Shown here piece by piece: positions 40,175-50,465 of a DNA stretch of 64,000 nt (its first letter is position 1; each line of letters opens with the position of its first letter). The notes under the pieces were generated by a model. That model saw nothing but the letters and a program-made list of their open reading frames with translations. It made no database searches and had not been told where the DNA came from. Origin of the DNA: Psilocybe cubensis (Eukaryota); NCBI GenBank assembly GCA_017499595.2, contig CM039008.1, positions 2,170,001 through 2,234,000 of the forward strand, given 5' to 3'. The position numbers were made by a program, and so were the translations under genes.

Positions 40175-41149
40175 ATGTCCAACTTTGACGTGGATATCGG
40201 TGCAATGGACGAAGTGATATTCAGACTCCAAGGCATAGTTAGCGACAAGATGCTACCACCAATGGCAAAGCCTGCTTCGTACGTCCACTCCATTGAGGTG
40301 AATTAATTACAAATGAGGACTGTTACAGCCGCGACAGAACGGTCAAGCAACAACCATATTTACGTACCGCCATTGCTATCACGGGACTCGGAGACATTGT
40401 GTTCAATAAGGTGATGGAAAAGCTAGAAGAAGTTTTCCTCCGTTTTGCAAACAATTTTCCCGCGGACAGCGTCAGCGGCTATGACCCAGTTCTTCACAAA
40501 GACACGGGTTTCAATGTTTTCCATGCGCATAGCCAATATTTCACGAAGGTATCCGCATATCAAGACAAATCTGACAACATAGGTTTTCATCCCCTGGTCG
40601 ACCCTGATAACATGTTGGCGTCCATGGTAGGGGACAGTTTCATCCACGCAATCAATAACAAGGTACAGTTTCTTCGTCGGGAGATACTTCCTGACGGAAC
40701 AGCCAGGTATGTTTAGAAAATACCAACAACACATCACAACCAAACTAATATCATGTTGCAACAGATATTATTCTTATAATCCTGCCTCCATACGAATTGG
40801 AGACATTGTCGAGATCAGTGTTGCCTTTGTCGCATTTCCTGCCCAAGGAAACAAGTACAAATTTGTTGTTGCTCTTCGCGGAATACTTGTCTTGGACCAG
40901 GAGGCCAGAGAGGTAAGCAATGTTACATTGAACAGTCTCATAGCCATTCATAACTTCCAACAGAAAGCTGATATTCTCAGAATGCGGTCGCGCTATACTC
41001 CAGCGAAAAGACAGGTTGCTGTTTTGTGTAGGACAAAGAGGCAGCTGTACAAAGGTCAGATTGACATTGAAGACACGCAACAGAGGATGGCACGTATGCG
41101 CTTAAATGAGGACACAGTCCACAATAGCAATACTATGTCCCAAGATTAA
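40175..41149 (+). CDS. Element-borne hypothetical protein (agaricomycete 'FRLQGI...DPxxxL...GDIVE' type; possibly OB-fold)
   Basis: Four exons with GT-AG introns give EVIFRLQGIVSDKMLPP, AITGLG, YFT, VDPDNML, HAINNKVQF, PASIRIGDIVEISVAF and VALRGILVLD. May be 5'-truncated. Confidence 0.6.
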
Positions 41150-41292
41150 TACATATGTACATAGAAAGACAAGGATATCATAAATGTGCTGAACGAACAA
41201 TCAATCCATTTGCGTGAACATTGTAAATAACAAGGAATAATTTGTCAAGTCATTTTCATGACAGAAATTATCTGAAGGTGTTAGTTGGCACC

Positions 41293-41475
41293 CCATGGGA
41301 GAATCCTGCGTACACTGTACGCAGAATATTCCCACACTCGGCTGAATATCGGCGAGGAAGTCCGTGGGAGAATTCTGCGTACACTGTACGCAGAATATTC
41401 CCACACTCGGCTGAATATCGGGAGAGGTTGACCGTGGGAATATTCTGCGTACACTGTACACAGGATATTCCCACG
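41293..41475. repeat. Three tandem ~69-bp units, each containing a ~40-bp palindrome
   Basis: Unit core GTGGGAATATTCTGCGTAC-ACT-GTACGCAGAATATTCCCAC (consensus), starting near 41296, 41365 and 41435. Confidence 0.9.
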
Positions 41476-41555
41476 CTCATCCGCAAGTCAAACTTACAAA
41501 TTAAGACAAAAAGAATGAGGACGAGAACACAAGTTTATTTCGAACAAAAATTTGA

Positions 41556-42531
41556 CTAAGGATGGAAGAAATTACAAATATCCATTCCACAAGAGGCTTT
41601 GTGGTTGAGGGCAATGCAACCAAAAAATATCTGCCTTTCTGGATAGCAAATACAAAACAGTTGCATGTACACGGTCATCTTTTTGCCTACATTACAGGAA
41701 TTAAATTGACAAATACTAAAACTAAAGAGCACACACCTTATACCCCTTTCCCAGGATTTGATAGCTTTTTTGACACGCTTGTGTAATTGGTAAACATCTG
41801 CCGCTGTGTAGTGAAAATCTAATGCAATACCGCTGATGCGACGGACACCAAAATGCAAACAATCAAATTCATTGAGCAATAATGCCCACAAATTGGCTTC
41901 AACAAAGGAAGTCTGATTTGCTTTGGGTAAAAGAGGCAAAGAATAAACCCAACAATGCCTGTCGCCAACCCGTCTAATCCCAGGAGAGAACAACTCTGGA
42001 TAAGGATCGTAATCCAGCACAATGAGAACATGACCACGAGATGAACTATACCCAACATTTACATTGTCCCTGATAGACTGTATTCTGCTTTGGATATGGC
42101 GGTCCATTTTCAAAGTTTGCGATGGAATGGAAAAAACAAATTTCAAGCCATGGGAATGATATTTTGCAAGAAATTTTTGCGCGCGCTTGAGGTCGGCAGA
42201 AGGTTGCAACAGAGAGACTTGATGTCCAAAGGTAGCATTTGGATACAAGCTGTACACCTTCTCAAAGGTAACAAAATTCATGACGCTGGCTGCAGTAGAA
42301 CAAAATTGAAGTTAACATTGTTTTGACACATGACATTGGGGACATACTGCTATGATACCCCAAAATGCACTCTACCACCGATTGACAAGTCGTAATCAGT
42401 TGGACAAAAGAACCTTGGCACCATAGGTTAACAACCACTCCAGTAGTATTGTAATGTTGATGAAGAGGATGTTTATCTGTGCTCGACATACATGTCCATG
42501 TCACCCGGAATCCATATATTAGCACGATTGA
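41556..42531 (-). pseudogene. C-terminal half of a split nucleotidyltransferase-motif gene
   Basis: Reads NRANIWIPGDMDMYVEHR, then a stop/frameshift, then VQLITT..VVECILGYHS, MNFVTFEKVYSLYP, KY..HG and RRVGDRHCW. Joins in frame to 50153-50465 when the nested element is removed. Confidence 0.7.
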
Positions 42532-43132
42532 TTACAAAACTTTATGTAAGTAAAGCGAGTTCTTTTATCCCCACAACCCACTGTACAAAAATATGTCCTT
42601 GCCAATTGTCCCCATCAGTAAATCATTGATGCCATCAAAATTGCGTGATTAATACCGGTTTTTTACTTAACCGGTATGCTTGACTTAATAATCGGTTACT
42701 ATCATAGAATTTCTGTTAGTTTTTGTTCCTACCAAGGGGATATGGAAATTAAAATACTAGATATTAGCTAGGTAGATAGGTTAGCTGCCATATGGTAGAA
42801 AACAAAATTAGATACCATTACATTATGACTTTTTAATTGCAAGTTAAACATTTTGACACAGATAATCATTGCTCATAACCAAAAATTTTATAATAATGAC
42901 CTCATTCAACTGATTTAAGGCCATTAATTAGTCACAATCAATTACATACCAACTGTTTTGCATGCTTTATACACCTCTAACGGCAAGTAGAGGTAAATAG
43001 AATGCTTTATTGTTATCAAAAAAAATTTAGCATGAATGACTAGCAGACTGTGGTGGCATAGAATAAAAAATAATAAACATTATGTATCTAGCTATTATCT
43101 TTAATGCCACTTCAAATAACTTGTCATATTAA

Positions 43133-43485
43133 ACTTGTTGTGCTGTTCATACTGGCCATGAATTAATAAGCAGACTGTGGGAATAACTTGCATATAGTGT
43201 ATGCAAGTTATTCTCACGGTTGCCGCACTTTGCATTGAGCAACTTGAACTTCTCTGGTAATTCCTGATATATTACTGAGATGCATTGCATATACTTTAGG
43301 TAAAATACAAGTATTTTTGGCAATAATAATTATTTTCAGTCCTAGTTTAGATGATCTTATTATATTTTACTTGCTGTGGTGTTTGTACTGGCCGTGAATT
43401 AATAAGCAGGTCGTGGGAATATCCTGCGTACAGTGTGCGCAGGATATTCCCACGGTCACTACACTCAATTTGCATTGAGCACTGG
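43133..43485. repeat. Two diverged direct repeats (~236-bp spacing), each with the same palindrome family as 41293-41475
   Basis: ACTGGCC[A/G]TGAATTAATAAGCAG followed by GTGGGAATAACTTGCATA..TATGCAAGTTATTCTCAC (about 43178-43217) and GTGGGAATATCCTGCGTA..TGCGCAGGATATTCCCAC (about 43413-43453). Confidence 0.85.
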
Positions 43486-44102
43486 CCACTTTGGTCAAGA
43501 GATGGTCATTTTGAATAATGTTTTCCATGCATTGAATGTATTTTGGGGAAGAAATAATGCACTAACACTTGCAAATTATGCTTGAAATATGTTTCCACAC
43601 AGCCAATTGTGTTCACAGCAACATCAAACTATACCAAAAAGAAATATGCGCACCAAACAAATGTTTTTGCACACAATATTGTTTCACTCTTGATGCACTT
43701 TTCAAAAATAAGAAAATTATATTTATGGGAAATATGTCCCCACTTGGGCAGCCATACACATGAGCATTCTTCCATCAGTTTTCCATACGGGATTCTCCCA
43801 GACTCGACTCCAGTCTAGTTGGGTGGAATACACTTACTAATAGTATGTACATGTTGTATCCGAATACCTAGCCACCAAAAATGCCAAGAATTGTATTTGT
43901 TCCCAAATCAGTAAAACCCGGGTTGGGTATTCCACCTAACTAGACTGGTGGGGATTTACCGTAAAGCAGTGCGTGGATGTTTTAAACTCCGTCTACCCTT
44001 TTTCGGACACGCATCAGATGCGCATCAATGATTCATGTGCATACGCGTCAACGCGTCATCCCCTAATTACTGTTTAACTGGCCGTTTAGCCTCACGAAAA
44101 AC

Positions 44103-47100
44103 ATGTCGTACCCTACTCCCACCTCGCCGCGCAGGTCGCGACCCTATAACGATGAAAACTCAAGCTCGCCGTTGATGATTCGTACCCCCAACAATCCATT
44201 TCGAAGCCCGCTGACCGATCTGTCAAGCCAAACTAGCCCAAACTTCTCCACACCCGGTGTCAGCCACTTTTCTCAGCCCCTGCTGTACACGTTCGTTTCC
44301 ACGCCTGCCATTGCTACCCCAAAACCTCGAAAAAAGCGTCGTGTTGCTCAAAATGTCTCGCCGAACACTAGACGACGACTTACAGAAGATTGGCAAGAGC
44401 GAAATAGTGCTTCTGTGGAGATGCAAAAAGAGGAAGAGGATAGGGATAATCGGGCCAAAAAGACCCGAATGCTTGACGAGGCATTTAAATCGATACGAAA
44501 GGCGGGTTTCCCAACGTTTCGGCACTTCTTGGAGGACGCACTTACCGCTCACGACCCCTCTCAAGCATCACAAATATCTCAACTTGTCAAAAACCACGGG
44601 CCCGCCTTGTTTTCTTTAGGTCGGAAATTGCAGCCCGCCATCGTCGATGACTGGATTATTTCTTCACACCGAGAGCTTGTCAGCATGCAGTGTAAGGCAC
44701 TGGCAGAGCTATTTCAGCCGCCGCAACTGTCCAGAGTCACGGATACGCTTTCTCATTTCTCAATCAAGCAGTACCTTGCTGATGCGGAACGTGTAGCACC
44801 TTTAATATGTGACATTCTTCGACAAATTGGCTACCCGAACGGCGCTCGAGAGTCAAAATACAAGAACCGTGAACTGGTAAGTAAAATTCTAGCAACTATT
44901 CTTCGATATTCTACTCAATATACATGTATTCTAGATCATTGCAACCGCTCTGTGTATGCTTGCAAAGTCACGAAACGAGCATGCTACAGAGTTTCAAACA
45001 ACAATGGGCATGTACTTTCTAGCGTCTGGAACTCAAAGCTCTCTGTTTGCTGTTCTCAACCATGCGGGCATTTCATTATCGTATACTCAGGTGATTTTGA
45101 AGCTAAAGCAGCTATCTCAAGAGCGGCTCAAGCTTGCACAGACTATTGCTCGACTCCAAGCCTTTATGCTTATTTGGGACAATTTGAACTTTAGATTCAT
45201 TGTTGCTGAGCAGCGTCATGATGCAAAGTCGCATTTTGACAGTGGAACAACTGCTACAATGGTGCCATTATATGGTTTTAAACACGGCGAGCTTTCTTAT
45301 TCTTTAAAGCCTCCCCGTTTGCGGCATGTCTTAGAACTGGATATAAAAGCTGAAGACCTTTTACCGAGTGCCGAAGAAGCTCTTCGAGTTCAACAAGCGC
45401 AAATCTGGCACATTTCCGATATACTATATGATGCGTTTCCAGATCTACGAAAGCGTATAGCTAAGACTATTCCACCTTTTCCTTCCGTGCTGCAGATTCC
45501 ACTCCACAAAACTGAGCAATATCCGCTTCCAGCAATGCATATCGATGAATCAAGCCTCGACGGCACACTACAAGTCTTTAACTCCATTCTGAAGGACTCG
45601 CTAAAGCTGACCGAAGAGGAACTCAAAGCTCATGGACTGATCATTTGCGCCGGAGATCAGTTGTCGTTATCACTTCTTGACAAGGTATGTCGATGCTTAT
45701 GTACTACAAATATTATTGTTTACAATTACTTCTATCAAGGTGTCTGCAATCCGTCGAGATGATACAGACTTTATGGATAACATTGGCAAATATACGCTAG
45801 GTCAAGACGGCCTTCTTCATGTCAAGTTCTCGCACACGCGAATGGTTGCTAATGAGTACTGGGGTAAACCGAACTCAAAATCACCGTGGTCGCTATGGAG
45901 AATCAACACGCTTCTAGGGCGCAAGCCTGTCTGCGCTGGATGGACAGCAAAATCTCCTGCTCCGTTTCGGCCTATATGGGAGCTTATTTTGAATCTCACG
46001 CTGCCGGCTCATATTCTTGATGCGTTTCGCATCTTTTGTTCTGAAGAAACTGTTGAAGCGTGGGTGAAAAAGGTTGATCATCATGATACAATTGCTCTTG
46101 TTGCCCAAAAGATACATGACGAACTCTGTTCAGGCCACCGAGTGGCCCAGCTTCGTCAAGAGAGGGCTATCAAACGTGACGTACCTCTTGAAAACATTAT
46201 CTTGTTTAATCGTGATGCTTTGCACCTTCGACAACTCAAGTATGCGATCAAACAAGGTGATGTGGGTGCCGTTTTGGACCTTATTACTCATTTAATGCTC
46301 GCCTTTCGAGGAACGGGACATACACCTAAATATGCTGATGCATTATTTCACATTGTCATCAATTTAAAGCGGATGGATCCATTGCTTCGGTAAGACATTA
46401 TCCTTTCTATTTATGATTAGAATGCTAATGTTATAATTTAGACGTGCCTGGCTGTTTAACTGGCTTGCAAATCTGACCGGTAAACCCAATGGTTTCAAAG
46501 AGATGGATCTTCTTCAAGAACATTTAAATTTTTGGCTAAAAGTATGTTTAACAATCTTTTTATTCTAATTGGACTCATAAATTAGTATTACTAGGTAATA
46601 TACAGTGCCAAGGGTGTTAACCGAACGTGGGCATGGCTGAGCATGGTCTCCGTATGCATATTTGCGCTTCGAGACGTTATTCGCAATGTGCGCGAGGAGT
46701 TTTCAATTCCATTTAACAGCATACGTCATGCTATGCCATCAACATCAACAGACGTAAACACAATCCGCACCTATCTTCAGGCCCATCGACTTCAAGAATT
46801 CTGTCCAGCTAGGGAAAACAATGCCGCTGCAGTTGAAGCACGGGATCTCATGGTAATAGGTGCTCATTATGCTAACAAACCAAGTGCGTTTCGCAATTTC
46901 CGACATACAAAGTTCAAAACAAAAAATCATGGTAATGCTGGCGAGCCAGATTGCGTATCCGCTGATGAAGCAGAAGATGAAGAGGCCCAATGTTTGGGTA
47001 ATATTGACGTGGGAGAAGACCTTGAAACTGGGCTCGAAGACTTGCTTTTGGATGAAGAAGAATACCCAGAGGGTTTAGATGCGGAAAATGTTTTTGCTGC

Positions 47101-47140
47101 GGTTAATGAGATTATAAATGAAATGCGTAGTTTAGATTAA
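44103..47140 (+). CDS. Putative Academ-type DDE transposase (DUF6589-like), five exons
   Basis: Motifs IWDNLNF, PLPAMHIDESSLDGT, AGDQLS, GLLHVK, IKQGDVG, FRGTGHTPKYA and EMDLLQEHLN. The exons appear to splice into an intact frame. Confidence 0.8.
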
Positions 47141-47159
47141 GGTGAGTAACTATATATTT

Positions 47160-49431
47160 CTAACTACTATCGCTCATATTACCACTTTCATCGCTTTCAT
47201 AGATTGTATTCATATTAAATTCTGTTGCCACTGTACACCATATAAGTGGAACTTGAGGTAACGCATCCGAGAAAACGTGAGCGGTTTTTGGCTTTTTCCA
47301 TTTTAATGAATTTGTGCTGGTAGGCTGCTGTTGCTTGCGCTGCAAATGTTTGCGAGCTTCGATTGGCTGGTTTTGCTGATCAAGCACTTCGTAAATGACT
47401 TCTAACTGTTGTATAAGCATACGTCCAAGCTCATTTGGACCACCTGTTTCTTCATTATGCCCCCGGTTCCATCGCACGTGAGCACAAAGTGTTGTATAGT
47501 CACAAACCGATTCTAATCGATGACCGCAGGTTGAGATGGTGGCAATGGTTTTGTCGGAAAGAATCAAAGACCCAGAAAGGCTAGTAATACCTGGGTATAC
47601 CTTTCCAAAGAGGATGGTGTCGCGCCATTCCGTAAGTTTTTTTCGAATGTATGCAGCTTCTTCATCCGGAACCTTTTTCTTCTTTCCTCGCTTTAAACCC
47701 TTTACCAATGGTACGGATGATATTTGAGGTACAAGAAACAAATGTGGCTGACAGTTGTCACAACAGCGTACATTGTTTCCTGGTCGATATGTGCTTGTGA
47801 TTCCGTAAATTAAACCAACTCAAATATTATACTGTTAGTATATTATATTGTTCAAACATTTAACGCACACTCACGTTTCTTGGAATTTTGAAAAAATCTA
47901 TTCCAAATGATGCGCCGGCATAATTTGGTCTGTGCATAAAGCAAAAGTGCCCGCCGTTCATGAATGTTGGTTTCTTTACCAAAACGTTTCAGCCGTTTTG
48001 CAGGAGCTGTTGATTTTTCTTGACGTATCCCTTCTTCATCAACATCTTCCGTGACTTCATTATGCTCAATGGTCTCAGGTTCAGCTACTTCCAACTCGAA
48101 AATGGAATTAATTTCCGCAGGTGAATTGGATACATTTTCTTTCATCACGCTTTGCGGAATAATCATTATAGCTTCTCCCTGAGTATCCAAGTCACGGGCA
48201 GCTCTACCAGCCTCCTGGACAAATCCACAAAAGGTAAGTGAAAGCCCCCATACAATAACTCGGGAAATGTTTCGATAGTCGCATCCCTATATGTATAAAT
48301 GTAAGTAACCACTAATTAAATGGTACAAGAAAGAAATTTACCATTCCAAGTGCAGTAGTAGTAAACAAAATGCGAACCTTGCCTTTTCCGAGTAGAGATT
48401 CTAGCTCGCGCTTTTTTTTTCGCCTAGATAGGCATGATAAAAAGCAATGCAGCTTGGTATAATCCCTTGCTCGTTAGCCCAATCTCGAGCACGATCTGCA
48501 CATATTTCTGCTATATCTCGTTGATTACAGTATACCACTGAAACCAAAATGTCGTCAGGACAGGTTGCATTTTCAGGAATCAGAAAGCGAAGATCTGCTT
48601 TTGATTCATCTGAATGCTTCATAACCCGAACAGACAGAGCAACATTTGGTCTCTCATTAGTAACTGCAATTGTGCGCACCTCTTTTGTTAGACTAAGAGT
48701 GCTTTTAACGTTGTCAAGAATGTGATCTGGAAAGGTTGCTGATGCCACTACAATTGGTACATTGCGTGGAAGCCTGCCCCGAAGTATACCTAGTTGCTGA
48801 TACTCAGGACGGAAAGTACCTCCCCACACTGTGATGCAGTGTGCTTCATCAATGTTTACAGCACGTAGTGCATCAGTGAATGAAACCTTCATAAACACTT
48901 CACGGTGAAACTCTTGAGATACAATAATCTCAGGAGACACAATGACATGCCGAAACTTCAAGTTAACAATATCCTATTAATAATTAGAGTGTTATATTGA
49001 TTTAAATTAGACTTGTGCTTGAAATTTTACACATACCAAATACATTTGGACCTTGCCAACACGGATAGCAGTTTCTTGACATACTGCAATGGTGGGAATA
49101 GGACTACCATTGGCCTACATGACTCCTCAATTAGAGTTTATTAAGAGAAACACCTAAAAATTACCTGCTCTATCATCAAGGCTGACAATGGAGATACAGT
49201 CACAGATACTGTTGTCTCATCAAGCAGCAAGGGCAGAATAAAGCATATGGTTTTTCCACATCCCGTTCCAACATCAAGAATAAGATCATGGCCACACAAT
49301 ACCGTTTTTGCGGCATCAAGTTGCCACTGAAACGGGCGCCTATCAAGAACCTCAAGCGCCCTTTGAGCAAGAAGAGAGATATTAAAATCTTCCTCCTTGT
49401 ATATCTTCACTCTGGACTCGGGTGGGGACAT
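47160..49431 (-). CDS. RecQ-like superfamily 2 helicase of the transposon; apparent -1 frameshift in an A9 run at about 48412-48420
   Basis: Walker A GTGCGKT, VSPLSALM, IDEAHCI (DEAH), SAT, YCN, FYHA, TTALGMGCD, motif VI QEAGRAAR and Zn-like CRR...CCDNC. Confidence 0.85.
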
Positions 49432-50152
49432 GAAATTAGGACCACAAGAGTGGCCTATATTTTCGGGGTTCTTATAAATAAAACTTGTTAAATTTCAGGC
49501 TTCAAAGTATTCCAAAAGTACAGAAACGAGATTGAGGTGACTGGATCAATCTTGTTCCTCATCTTTGTATTGTGAATTACATGCGAATTTTGGGTGCTTT
49601 TATTCACAATATTTGAGCAGTAGACTTCCATTATATGCTATTTAATATTGGTTATACTTACACAGATTAGAACATATGTATTTGGGTAAACGATACAAAA
49701 GTTTTGCAAAGGTACGAACGCCAGGGGTTTTGATTCCCAAAATAGATAGACGGAGTTTAAAAAGTCCATGTACTGCCTCACGGTAAATCCCTTCCAGACG
49801 ATCTGGTACGAATATCATTGATGGGATACCCAATGCGGGTGCAACCCGTTTTCGGACAAGATCGGCTGGGGTCGAGACTATTTAGCAGGTATGAAAATTA
49901 TAATAGACAAGTTCTTCCTTACAATTAGGCCTTATAACCTGTGCAGCTATTTTTTGTGTCTGACACAACTAAGCTTGTAGTAGACCTAAGTCATAGTAAT
50001 TAATCATAACCTTGCCCAGTATCTGGCTGTGCATTCGAACATATTAATATATATTAACTATGTTATATAAATCTAGATTAAAAAATATTTTATACAATTG
50101 TGAGATGTAAAGTCTTGTCATGCCACACTTTGCGTTGGACCACTAAAACAAG

Positions 50153-50465
50153 TAAAATGCAAAACGGTGGAACCTGAAATAACCAGGCCAGTCTTGAACT
50201 GGAGAAGACGAAACAGCAAATGTTCATTGGGTTTGAAGATAGGAACAAATAAATTTTTGGGACAGAAGGCGCGGCGCATATAGCCCGAAATGCAGTTGTT
50301 TAGCTCCTTGCAAGTCCAAGAGAAACGGTAGAGGGTTTTCAGATCCATCTGATCCATGTACACATCGTCCATGGGAGCCGGAAAGACTCTAACAAATAAG
50401 TAATAACCAAATGAGATAAAACAGTGAACATACTGTTGGAAACGGGGGGATAACGCAGAAGCCAT
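50153..50465 (-). pseudogene. N-terminal half of the split gene (F-box-like start followed by ISGS)
   Basis: MDLKTLYRFSWTCKEL...FRLLQFKTGLVISGSTVLHF. The reading continues into the element end (TCFSG) exactly at the insertion point. Confidence 0.7.

Larger units (their letters stand above)
43799..49880. mobile_element. AcademH-like DNA transposon (transposase plus RecQ-like helicase) with imperfect TIRs
   Basis: Ends read CAGACTCGACTCCAG (43799) and the reverse complement TAGTCTCGACCCCAG (49880). An inner TIR block at 43951-43995 matches the reverse complement of 49747-49791 at 39/45 positions. It encloses a convergent transposase and SF2 helicase. No TSD was found. Confidence 0.78.
42532..50153 (+). 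mobile_element. Inner Helentron-like element of the same family, inserted in the opposite orientation
   Basis: Left end (42532 to about 42675) is the inverted homolog of about 50997-51136, with an exact 24-nt block at 42557-42580 vs 51087-51110. Right end 50107-50153 matches the reverse complement of 40075-40121 at 40/47 positions. It interrupts a gene with no TSD. Confidence 0.75.

Noticed and set aside
41293-41475. CRISPR-like array of palindromic repeats
   Set aside because: Eukaryotic context, only three units, spacers nearly identical to each other, and no cas genes.
47160-49431. Host RecQ/Sgs1 gene or the Helitron helicase
   Set aside because: It is compact and lies within TIRs beside a transposase. 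It is an SF2 DEAH helicase, whereas Helitrons use an SF1 PIF1-like helicase.
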